This document shows, in pieces, positions 48,807 to 57,379 of a stretch of DNA of 64,000 bases. Under the pieces are notes generated by a model. That model was given only the letters and a program-made list of their open reading frames with translations. It made no database searches and was not told the origin of the DNA. The translations under genes and the position numbers were made by a program. This DNA is from Polyangiaceae bacterium (lineage in GTDB: Bacteria; Myxococcota_A; Polyangia; Polyangiales; Polyangiaceae): positions 11,564-75,563 of the forward strand of contig JANRKO010000031.1 in assembly GCA_033763455.1 (NCBI GenBank). Reading direction: 5' to 3'. Within the stretch, counting starts at the first letter, position 1. Each line of letters begins with the position of its first letter.

Positions 48807-49511
48807 CTAACGCGTGCTCGTGCTTCTTGCACGTTCGTCGATCGTCGAAAACCGCACGGTTCGAAGCGTGTGGTCGGCCATCACGGTGAGGCGCTCAAAC
48901 ACCTTGCGGAGCGCCCCCGCGCCCTGCTCCTCAGTAAGGTAAACACCGACGAAACACTGACCAGGCTTTACGGCAACCAACCTAGCGCGAGCAAAGACGG
49001 AGCCCTGGCGCTCGGCTTCGGCAAGCGAAAGCGCACCTCGAAACCCGGTGGGCAGAGAAACTTCTTCGAGCTGAAGCGCCGCGCCAGGCTGATCCAACTC
49101 CGGCACTTGACTGGCCATGCTGTGAACTTCCATGAAGCAATCCTCGAGGGTCGCCAAGCGCGAGGCACGCCAAGTGCGGAGCCAAAGCTCGGAACGCGTC
49201 GCGGGGTGCGCCAACGCAAACCAAGGCCCAGTGTGTGCGCGAAGGCGCCAGCCACGTGCATCAGGCAACGCTACTTGATACTCGCCACTTGGGGCCGAAC
49301 GTAACGAGAAATGAGCCTCGGGATCGGAAAGAGGATCGCGTACTTCGGGCTCGGCGGGAGCAGGCGTGTGAGCTACAGGCGCGTTCACCACTTGGGTGCA
49401 AGCGGGTAGCTGGCTCACCAGTGCGTTCGCAAACACAAGGCAGAATCGCGCTCTCCAACACGGGTCGGCCGATGCAAATCTTCTACGACGTTCGCTGGAG
49501 GGGGAAGGCAT
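48807..49511 (-). CDS. Hypothetical probable lipoprotein (start uncertain)
   Basis: LPAC lipobox-like motif, Pro-rich linker, globular domain. Confidence 0.55.
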   Translation of the reverse strand: MPSPSSERRRRFASADPCWRARFCLVFANALVSQLPACTQVVNAPVAHTPAPAEPEVRDPLSDPEAHFSLRSAPSGEYQVALPDARGWRLRAHTGPWFALAHPATRSELWLRTWRASRLATLEDCFMEVHSMASQVPELDQPGAALQLEEVSLPTGFRGALSLAEAERQGSVFARARLVAVKPGQCFVGVYLTEEQGAGALRKVFERLTVMADHTLRTVRFSTIDERARSTSTR

Positions 49512-49608
49512 TGTTGAAAGCCTGCGCAAAGAACCCTAAAACGAAGCACGTTGCAAGTAGCCCGCCGGGCGCGCCGCCCGCTCACGTTCTAGCCAAAGAC
49601 TCTTTACT

Positions 49609-50424
49609 ATGGGTTCGGATCTAACAGCGGAAACCTTTCAGGAAGCATACAGGGCCCTTTTTGCGAGTTTTGCGGAAGCCCAAGAGAACAGCGAGTGCGT
49701 CGAATGCGTGGCTTGCAAGGGCTGCGAGAAGTGCACCTTCTGCTCCGCTAGCAGTGGGCTTATCAGCTGCCACTTCTGCGAGGATTGCGAGGGGTGCACG
49801 GAGTGTCAGCACTGTAGCGCTTCCGCTTGGTTAGTCGGCTGCCAGCACTGCAAACAAAGTCAGCGTTGCAGTTTCAGCTCGTACCTTGTTTTGTGTGCGT
49901 CGCTCTCCCGGTGCAACTATTGTTTTGGTTGCGTAGGGCTCGCCAACGCAGATTATCACATCTTGAATCAACCCTACGAACGTCGAGATTATTTCCGGAT
50001 CTTGGCGGATCTTGCCCCCGCGCTCGCAGGGTTGCGAGGTGGACGCGATGGGTTCGCGGCTACGCCGTCGGGCGCAAAGGGCAAACGCCGAGCAGCTCGT
50101 GGCACCGCACGCGCCACCTCAGCGAAGGCCTCTACTAAAGCGAAAATGCCGCCCAAAGCCAACGCCTTGCCCGTTCCAGAACCCAAAGCGAATACCAGAG
50201 CCAACGCCTTGCCCGTTCCAGAGCCCAAAGCGAATACCAAAGCCAAAACCTCACCCCTGCGAGAACCTAAAGCGCGGACCAAAGCCAAAACCTCACCCCT
50301 GAGAGAACCTAAAGCGCGGACCAAAGCCAAAGCCTCACCCGTGCGAGAACCTAAAGCGCGGACCAAAGCCGTGCGAGAACCTAAAGCGCGACGATCCAAA
50401 ACCACCACCCCCAGAACGCCATGA
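49609..50424 (+). CDS. CxxC-repeat protein with a basic 14-aa repeat tail
   Basis: Serial CxxC, CNYCFGCVGL..YHILNQPY; 42-bp repeats at about 50155-50390. Confidence 0.75.
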   Translation: MGSDLTAETFQEAYRALFASFAEAQENSECVECVACKGCEKCTFCSASSGLISCHFCEDCEGCTECQHCSASAWLVGCQHCKQSQRCSFSSYLVLCASLSRCNYCFGCVGLANADYHILNQPYERRDYFRILADLAPALAGLRGGRDGFAATPSGAKGKRRAARGTARATSAKASTKAKMPPKANALPVPEPKANTRANALPVPEPKANTKAKTSPLREPKARTKAKTSPLREPKARTKAKASPVREPKARTKAVREPKARRSKTTTPRTP

Positions 50425-50777
50425 CACCCGAGCTCCAAGAGGGGGCACCCCCAACGGATCCGAACCTTGAGCTTCTCTGGAAGAACACACTGGCTCACTG
50501 GGATCTAGATGCGAGCCACAACGCTTTTCTAGAGTATGCCAACGAATCCAATCAGCTAGTTCAAGCCGCTGTCTACTACCGTGGGATGGCGGGTGATCAT
50601 CAACGCGGCTCGGTGGCAACCAAGCGCCTCGCGGCCGTGACACAGTTGGCTCTGTCGAAGTTGGACACCTCGCGTTCAATCGTGCAGCCCCAAAATTCGC
50701 AGGCAGGCAATTGGCTTTTGATCATTGGCTTTGTGGTGGGTACGGGCGCCCTTCTCCTCTACGCATTCACGCGCTAG
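50421..50777 (+). CDS. Small hypothetical protein with a C-terminal TM
   Basis: ATGA overlap with the upstream gene; hydrophobic C-terminus. Confidence 0.7.
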   Translation: MTPELQEGAPPTDPNLELLWKNTLAHWDLDASHNAFLEYANESNQLVQAAVYYRGMAGDHQRGSVATKRLAAVTQLALSKLDTSRSIVQPQNSQAGNWLLIIGFVVGTGALLLYAFTR

Positions 50778-50953
50778 GCAGCACACGCTGCTCTGGCAAT
50801 CACACGGGAATTGTGGGTGGAGCCGCCCCCAGTGTGTCAGCTTTGCTGGTTGCAACCGAAACTTATTGGGCGTACCTCTTGCGCACAACCTGCGACCTTG
50901 GCCGCAAACCTGCGCGGCCCCGAACACTCGTTCGATCCGGAGTACTGAAGACC

Positions 50954-51490
50954 ATGAAAATGAATCGCCTATTAGCCCTGGCCCTTTCGAGCTTCTTCCT
51001 CGCGTGCGCAGCGGATCCACCCCCGCCTGCACAAACGCCAATGGCCCCGATGGCGCCCGCTTACACCGCTCCGGTGGGTTCGGCTCCACCCCCCGCCGGT
51101 CAAGATCCCCAGCAGTCGAACGTCAGTATTTCTGACGCGATTCGCAAAGCCTGTGGCATCTCCGAGACCGAGGCATATTTCGCGTTCAACTCCTCGAACG
51201 TACGCCCTCAAGACAAGGCAGTTCTCAAGAAGCTCGCCACATGTTTCGCCACAGGCCCACTCAAGGGTAAGCAGATGCGCATCGTAGGCCACGCCGATTC
51301 CCGCGGCGAAGACGAATACAACATGGTACTGGGCGAGAAGCGCGCATCCAACGTCAAAGGCGCCATTGGGCGCGAAGGTCTAGCGCTTGGCCAGATGGAG
51401 ACCAATTCCCGCGGCGAGATGGACGCCAAAGGCAGCGACGAGGCTTCCTGGGAAAAAGACCGGCGCGTCGACATCACCCTCGCCGAATGA
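50954..51490 (+). CDS. pal: Peptidoglycan-associated lipoprotein (OmpA C-like)
   Basis: Lipobox FLAC, YFAFNSS, GHADSRGEDEYNMVLGEKRA, DRRVD; adjacent to tolQRAB. Confidence 0.85.
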   Translation: MKMNRLLALALSSFFLACAADPPPPAQTPMAPMAPAYTAPVGSAPPPAGQDPQQSNVSISDAIRKACGISETEAYFAFNSSNVRPQDKAVLKKLATCFATGPLKGKQMRIVGHADSRGEDEYNMVLGEKRASNVKGAIGREGLALGQMETNSRGEMDAKGSDEASWEKDRRVDITLAE

Positions 51491-51563
51491 GCTCCATGAG
51501 CTTCAGCCGTGCTGAGACTTCAAGTCGATTGCTGCCCGCCTTTGCCAATTCTAAGGAGATAGT

Positions 51564-52271
51564 TTGATGGGTGATCCCACTACGGTAAGCGTTGCGGTTG
51601 AGCCTACGCTCAACCCAGTGAAGCTCATATTGGGTGCATCCGGCATCGAGCTCGCTGTATTTGCTCTTTTGGCCGTTGCTTCCACTGCGGTTTGGATCAT
51701 CTGGTTCCTCAAATCGACGCAGCTTCGCGCTATGGCGGCGGCTCAGCATCGTTTTGAGCGGGCAGCGTCTGAAATCGAAAACGCATCTGATCTTGTGCAG
51801 CTAGCCCTCGATCACCGCAACTCGCCGGGTGCCCGCGTGGTGATTGAGCTCGCCCGCCGCTATCAGCAGAGCACGCCTACGAGTGAACTGCTCTTGGCGG
51901 TTGCAAAACGCGCGATTGCCAACGAACAGCAGCGAGCATCAAGCTTGATGCCGACGTTGAGTAGCATAGCTTCGGCTTCACCGTTCATTGGCCTGTTCGG
52001 TACGGTCTGGGGCATCATGGATGCGTTTATGCGTATTGGAGCTCAGAAAAGCGCTTCATTACCGGTCGTGGCACCCGCAATCGGGATCGCGCTGATTGCC
52101 ACGGCGGCCGGTCTCGTAGCAGCCATTCCGGCCACCATCGGCTTCAACTACGTGGATGCACGCATCGGTAACCTTCTGGATGAGCTCAACGCCTCTGCTG
52201 AGACGTGGGTCGAGACGCTCATGAACGACGCTCGCGCAACCGGTGCCGCCCCCACCACCCGCCAAGGTTAA
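51564..52271 (+). CDS. tolQ: TolQ (MotA/TolQ/ExbB family)
   Basis: ASPFIGLFGTVWGIMDAF, VVAPAIG.ALIATAAGL..AIPA. Confidence 0.88.
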   Translation: MMGDPTTVSVAVEPTLNPVKLILGASGIELAVFALLAVASTAVWIIWFLKSTQLRAMAAAQHRFERAASEIENASDLVQLALDHRNSPGARVVIELARRYQQSTPTSELLLAVAKRAIANEQQRASSLMPTLSSIASASPFIGLFGTVWGIMDAFMRIGAQKSASLPVVAPAIGIALIATAAGLVAAIPATIGFNYVDARIGNLLDELNASAETWVETLMNDARATGAAPTTRQG

Positions 52272-52276
52272 AACCT

Positions 52277-52795
52277 GTGGGAATCAAGCTAGGTGGAGGC
52301 CGCCGGCGCGGCGGATTTCGAGACATCAACGTCACCCCGCTCGTGGACGTGATGTTGGTGCTCTTGGTTGTATTTATGGTAACCGCGCCACTACTCACCA
52401 CGGGGCTCAGGATTGATTTGCCTGAAGTGAAGGCCGCCGAAACACCGGTCAAAGATGCACGGCTACTGATTACTGTCACCAAAGAAGAGCGCGTGCTTTT
52501 CGGAGATGAAGACGTTACAGGGCGAGTAGCCGAAGCTCTTCAACAGAACCAGCGCGTCCAAACTGAGCGGGAGCTGTACATCCGCGCTGACAAGCTTGCT
52601 CAATACGGAGTTGTCGCCGGCGTGGTTGCGGCTGCCCGCAACAGCGGCGTTGAGTCTCTCAATCTTTTGGTTCAGCCCGAAGTTGAGGAGCTTCCCGACG
52701 CCCCCGGCGCCCTTGCGCCAGCCGTGCCAAAGGGCGCGAACGCGCCTGCTTCCCTCACCAACCCTGGCGCTACGCCTCCACCGGGGACACGCTAA
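52277..52795 (+). CDS. tolR: TolR (ExbD family)
   Basis: INVTPLVDVMLVLLVVFMVTAP, IRAD..YG. Confidence 0.88.
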   Translation: MGIKLGGGRRRGGFRDINVTPLVDVMLVLLVVFMVTAPLLTTGLRIDLPEVKAAETPVKDARLLITVTKEERVLFGDEDVTGRVAEALQQNQRVQTERELYIRADKLAQYGVVAGVVAAARNSGVESLNLLVQPEVEELPDAPGALAPAVPKGANAPASLTNPGATPPPGTR

Positions 52796-52812
52796 GCACA
52801 AGAGCGAGAGCA

Positions 52813-53631
52813 ATGGCGTCCTCCTTGCCCTCATATTCGACGGCGCAGCTTTCTAGCTCCGTTGCCTTCGGGCTTGGGATTCAAGCGGCGCTCATAACTT
52901 TGTTCGTTTTGGCCGGCTCCAACGTTAGCCACGTGCAGGAAGCCGAGGCACCCGCGAACAAGCCCATTCCCATCGCTGTAAAACCAGTGATGGATGATCT
53001 GCCGCTGCTCAAGCTTGGTGGAAAGCGCGTGCGCACGAAGCTTCCCGACATGTGGAAAAAACAGGCACCGGTAAAGCGCTTCGAGGAATCTAGCGCACCC
53101 TCACCGTTAGCCTCCAAGACTCCAGAAGCGCTCCCCACCAGCAAGCTCGCTGAGCTCGACGCCGAAGCACCCCCGCCCGACGCGGAGGTTGCCAAAGAGG
53201 TCGACGAAACGCTCGACGCTTCCGCGGATGCCGAGGCGCCGAACCTCGATCAGGAAGGCGCAGCGGATGGCGTTAAGGAAGGCACCGAGACCGATCCGCT
53301 GAAGGCGCGCGCGGTGAGCCAATACAAGATGAAGATCTTGGCTTGGTTCAACGTGCGTTTTCGCCCGCCACTTGGCGAGCTCGACTGCAAAACACTGAGC
53401 ACCCTCTCTGCGAGTGTTTCTGCCACGGTGGATGGCTCCCGCCGAGTCTCTGGCTTTTCTATCACCCGTTCGAGCGGCAACCCCATTTTCGATGCCAAGG
53501 TGCAAAGCACCATGCAAGCCATCATTGGCCAGGAACTGCCCCCGCCACCGCCGCTTTACCCCGACATTCTGGATACCAGCGTGTTTCCAACATTTTCAGG
53601 AAAGTCCTCCGAATGCGCCTCGCAACCGTAA
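52813..53631 (+). CDS. tolA: TolA/TonB-like energy transducer
   Basis: N-terminal TM, Pro/Glu linker, TonB-C-like RSSGNPIFD; position within the tol operon. Confidence 0.75.
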   Translation: MASSLPSYSTAQLSSSVAFGLGIQAALITLFVLAGSNVSHVQEAEAPANKPIPIAVKPVMDDLPLLKLGGKRVRTKLPDMWKKQAPVKRFEESSAPSPLASKTPEALPTSKLAELDAEAPPPDAEVAKEVDETLDASADAEAPNLDQEGAADGVKEGTETDPLKARAVSQYKMKILAWFNVRFRPPLGELDCKTLSTLSASVSATVDGSRRVSGFSITRSSGNPIFDAKVQSTMQAIIGQELPPPPPLYPDILDTSVFPTFSGKSSECASQP

Positions 53632-55220
53632 CCACCTCGGCTTCTAAGTTCCTCTGCTTCGGCCTCATGGTCGTGAGTGTGCTCGCGAGCCAACACGCAG
53701 GCGCCGAGCCCAACGCGAGCAAAGCTCCGGCTTCGGCTCCAGCTTCCGCAAAAAGCGCGACACCGAACGAAACCTTGCTCGGCGAATTTGTTGTTACCGG
53801 AGTGAGCCAAGAGAGGCTTCCAAAGATCGCCATCTTGCCTTCGCTTTCGCCCGACTTTGAAGACGTGGTGCTTCGCGGTGTGGTGCGGCGCGATCTGGAG
53901 CTAAGCGGCTTGTTTGATCTGATCGACGATGCCAAAGCTCCCCCGGGAACCTATGCTTTCCAAGATCCTGTAGATATCGAGGCTTGGCGTAAGCTTGGAG
54001 CCGAATCCATCGTTAAGGTGGCGGCGCAAAAGAATGCGGCAGGGGATGTGCAGGTGGTGGGGCTCGCGTACTTTCTTGAGGTGGGCAAAGAGCCGGTTTA
54101 TGAAAAGCGCTTTGTCATCAAGCCAGACGAAGTACGGGTTACCGGACACCGGATTACCGACGCACTTCTAGGAGCCCTTACTGGGCGCCCGGGAGGCTTC
54201 GCGAGCCGTTTTGCGTTCGCTACGCAATGGGGTCGCAATCGCCGGATCTTTACGATGGATGCAGATGGCAATGCCCTCACCCCCGCAACCGCTGCTGACA
54301 CCACTGCACTCTCACCCGCGTGGGGCCCGGGTGGCTCGCTATTCTACTCAAAGAGCGTGGGTTATGCGCCTTTTCGTTTGTATCAGCTGGCGCAAAACAA
54401 AGAGCGCCGGATCGATTTGGGCAAGCCCGGGTCCATCTACAGCGTGGCGTTCAACAAGGATCACACCCAGATGGCGCTCGCCATAGCTGACGGCACCGGT
54501 ACAGCCATCTACACCGCCAATCCTGATGGCACAAACGTCAAACGCGTCTCCACTACCCCGCTCGCAACGCACCCCGTATTTAGCCCGTCAGGGAAGTTAG
54601 CCTGGATTGGCGGTTCTGACTCCGGAACCCAGCGCTTGTGGCTCGCCGGGAAGCCAATTTCACCGGCTGGATTCACGGCGGCAGCCCCTACCTTCTGCGA
54701 TACCGAAGACGGCATCCGCGCCGTTTACGCGGTGGTTGTGGGGGATCATCAAGATTTGGTGATTAGCTCAGAATCCGGCAAGGGCACGGCGCGCCTCACG
54801 CAAAATCAGGGCTCCAATTCGTATCCAGCGTGTAGCTCAGATGGCCGCATGTTGGCGTTCTTCTCAACGCGCAACAAGCAGCCGGGCTTGTACATGATGT
54901 CGCTCAAACGTTTCACGACGCGCAAGGTTGCCAATCAAACCGGCATTGGCCTGCGTTGGGATCCGCTGCCCGCCCCAAGCACCGGAGCCGCACCCAAACC
55001 AGCCGCCTCAGTGGCCGATGCCGTGCCTCCCGCCGCAACCACCGCCCCCGCAAGCGCTAAATCTCCCGCCTCTGCCGCTGCTTCCGCAGCGACCCCCACG
55101 CCCACACCCGCAACCGCCACGTCGCCCGCGACCCCCACGCCTGTTGCTCCCACCAAGCCGCCAGCTCCCGGTCCCGCTCCCAACAAGGCGCCTGCGCCTG
55201 CACCTGCTCCCACACGCTAG
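53613..55220 (+). CDS. tolB: TolB beta-propeller protein with Pro/Ala tail
   Basis: RDLELSGLF, AWRKLGA, HRITDA..TG..G, IFTMDADG, PD40 repeats. Confidence 0.85.
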   Translation: MRLATVTTSASKFLCFGLMVVSVLASQHAGAEPNASKAPASAPASAKSATPNETLLGEFVVTGVSQERLPKIAILPSLSPDFEDVVLRGVVRRDLELSGLFDLIDDAKAPPGTYAFQDPVDIEAWRKLGAESIVKVAAQKNAAGDVQVVGLAYFLEVGKEPVYEKRFVIKPDEVRVTGHRITDALLGALTGRPGGFASRFAFATQWGRNRRIFTMDADGNALTPATAADTTALSPAWGPGGSLFYSKSVGYAPFRLYQLAQNKERRIDLGKPGSIYSVAFNKDHTQMALAIADGTGTAIYTANPDGTNVKRVSTTPLATHPVFSPSGKLAWIGGSDSGTQRLWLAGKPISPAGFTAAAPTFCDTEDGIRAVYAVVVGDHQDLVISSESGKGTARLTQNQGSNSYPACSSDGRMLAFFSTRNKQPGLYMMSLKRFTTRKVANQTGIGLRWDPLPAPSTGAAPKPAASVADAVPPAATTAPASAKSPASAAASAATPTPTPATATSPATPTPVAPTKPPAPGPAPNKAPAPAPAPTR

Positions 55221-55297
55221 CCCGCAGAGCTGAGTAGGCGAACGCAAGTCCACGCCGGCACTCGGGGGTTCTGCGAGAAGGGATCTCCGCTTTCGAG

Positions 55298-55321
55298 AGA
55301 TACTTGTCATGCTAAGTATCT
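55298..55321. promoter_or_regulatory. Palindrome AGATACTTGTCATGCTAAGTATCT (dispersed motif copy 2)
   Basis: 8-bp perfect arms; related to the copies at 3369 and 63720. Confidence 0.55.
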
Positions 55322-55470
55322 TCAACGCCCAGGAAAGGAGCCCGAGCCAGGCGCGAAACCCAACCTTCGCTCGTACGCTGTCACAGGGAGTTCGGTGCGA
55401 AGCGTCAACTGGTCTTAGTGACACCTATCGAGCACCCAAGCCCCCCCAGCGCTTCGACTGCTCACCTACA

Positions 55471-56028
55471 CTACGGGTTCACGAACAAAGGCGCGAGCAT
55501 CATGAGCAATGCAGGATCGCCCTGCACTTGCAGCTTGCCTTGCATCAAAAGTTCGACCGGATGCGCCGCGCCCTTCTGAACCAACAGAAAATCCGCAAGC
55601 TCGGTTGTTACCACACACTCGGCCTCGCTCCAGGTGCGCTCCGTTCGGCCCAAAATTAGAAGCAGGCGGCGCACGGTGGGGCCATCTTTGATCGCGAATT
55701 CTACGGCACCTTCGAGATCTGAAAGCTCGGCTACGGCTGCCTCCTCAACCAGGAGAACTTGTAGTGCTAAGAGCGCGCGTTGATCGGTGAGCTGGGCCGT
55801 GACGTTCGAAACCAGAACCGGGAAATCCGCCTCCGATAACATCAACGAAACTAAAGCTTCCGGATCTCTTCCTGGGCTTACCAGGAGCTGGCCGTCGCGA
55901 ATACGAAGCGAATAAGCTTCAGCGTCGACCCACAGGCACACGCTCATGCGTGAGGTTCGCCCGCCGAGGATTTTCGGATCCGAGAACAATTCGGGAAGCA
56001 CCCGAGTGAAGAATTCTGCAGAATTCAC
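55471..56028 (-). CDS. SCP2 sterol/lipid-binding-like protein
   Basis: DFLLVQKG..PVELLMQGKLQVQGD. Confidence 0.7.
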   Translation of the reverse strand: MNSAEFFTRVLPELFSDPKILGGRTSRMSVCLWVDAEAYSLRIRDGQLLVSPGRDPEALVSLMLSEADFPVLVSNVTAQLTDQRALLALQVLLVEEAAVAELSDLEGAVEFAIKDGPTVRRLLLILGRTERTWSEAECVVTTELADFLLVQKGAAHPVELLMQGKLQVQGDPALLMMLAPLFVNP

Positions 56029-56085
56029 GGGCTCGGGCTTAGCACGTGACTCGCCGGGGCCCCAGGCGAGATATGCGCGGCTCAG

Positions 56086-56388
56086 CTAGATGCGCATCAG
56101 ATTGGCCAAAAGGTGCGTCTCTTTGGCCCCCAGGAGGCCAAATTGCACACCAAAGCCATCCGGCCGCGACCAGCGAACAACGCCAGGAAATGTCGTGGGT
56201 GCCGTTGCGCCCGGCAAATGGCAATGCACCGTGACCTTTGCCCCGAAAGCGGGCGAGGACGTCGCTTCTACATACATCCCGCCCATACTAACATCTCGGG
56301 TAGTTCCGACGAAGGTATTGCCGGATTGGTCTTCACAGGAGATATCCAGGCTAACAGGTGCTCGAAGGTAAACGCGCTTCTCTTCCAC
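56086..56388 (-). CDS. Single PilZ domain protein
   Basis: EKRVYLR (RxxxR), DVSMGG, GVVRW..GFGVQF. Confidence 0.88.
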   Translation of the reverse strand: MEEKRVYLRAPVSLDISCEDQSGNTFVGTTRDVSMGGMYVEATSSPAFGAKVTVHCHLPGATAPTTFPGVVRWSRPDGFGVQFGLLGAKETHLLANLMRI

Positions 56389-56515
56389 AATGGCCTCGGA
56401 CGCTAAGGATAGCTCGAACAATGCTCCCGTGACGGGTGAAGAAGCATCATTTAGGGGGGCTCCACCAGGTGTCAAGGACTCACCCACGCTCACCTCGTGG
56501 CAGCGACTCGTGGCG

Positions 56516-57379
56516 ATGTGGGAGGGCTGGCCCCTGATACCAATCGTTGGGGGATCAGCCGTATTTCTGGCGCTACTCATCTTGCCAACGCGGGTGAAGC
56601 CTCCGTCGATTCCGTTGCCGGCTGTCGATCGGGTGCGAGAGCGTGACCAGGCCGCGCACTTTTCAGAGCTTGCTGCTCGTGTCGCACAAGCGCCGCTACC
56701 GTATGACGTCCGGGCCGTGGGTGAAGCTATTCGGCAGTACGGAACAGCCGAGGCGCGTGGGGATAGCGAGGCCCCGCAGATCCTGGCTGAAGCTCGCGTG
56801 TCCGCTGCACGCGCATTGAGGAGCCACGGGCCGAGCCCGTTGCTCGGCCTTTTAGCATACCAAGCTAACGCTTTCCAGCTTGCCGTGCAGGGCTGGGAGG
56901 CGGCGAGAAGTGAGCAGGCACCAAAGCTGCCAGCTGATTTGGAAGAATTGGGAGGAGCTTTCATGGCTCGGGCCGACGCCAATGGTTGGCTCAATTCCAA
57001 CGGCGCGCTGTTAGCCACAAAGAACGAACTCGCTGTGCTCTTTCGAGCGCGATGGCTCAGCCTCACGGAGCTCAGCGATGTTCCCGAGCTTAGATTTAGC
57101 CTGAACGACTGGCGACTGTATTTCGGTTTTCTTCTGCGCCACCCGCCTCGAAAAGACGGACCACCCGAGATCCAGCAGCTCTCGTTCGTAGCAGCACTTG
57201 AACGTAAAGATCCAGAATACCCAGCGCAACTTGCTCGCGGGATCCTGCAACTTCAGCTTGGCAATGCCGAAGCCGCCACACCGGCGTTTCGTGCACACCT
57301 TTCGGCCCATCCGGATGGCGAATGGCACTTGCTTGCCCGCAACTTACTCTTGACTAGCCTTCCGCAGGCCGTGCCGTGA
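56516..57379 (+). CDS. Membrane-anchored helical/TPR-like hypothetical protein
   Basis: N-terminal TM; YPAQLARGIL..G..EAA..F..HPDG.W. Confidence 0.65.
   Translation: MWEGWPLIPIVGGSAVFLALLILPTRVKPPSIPLPAVDRVRERDQAAHFSELAARVAQAPLPYDVRAVGEAIRQYGTAEARGDSEAPQILAEARVSAARALRSHGPSPLLGLLAYQANAFQLAVQGWEAARSEQAPKLPADLEELGGAFMARADANGWLNSNGALLATKNELAVLFRARWLSLTELSDVPELRFSLNDWRLYFGFLLRHPPRKDGPPEIQQLSFVAALERKDPEYPAQLARGILQLQLGNAEAATPAFRAHLSAHPDGEWHLLARNLLLTSLPQAVP

Noticed and set aside
51564..53631. Agl/Glt gliding motor
   Set aside because: Flanked by pal and tolB with a single TolR, matching Tol-Pal
55221..55470. Known ncRNA (6S, SRP, riboswitch)
   Set aside because: No recognisable consensus by eye; only the palindrome is supportable without a covariance search
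56086..57066. 326-aa minus-strand ORF
   Set aside because: Only the last ~100 aa (PilZ) are credible; the rest is antisense to the plus-strand gene
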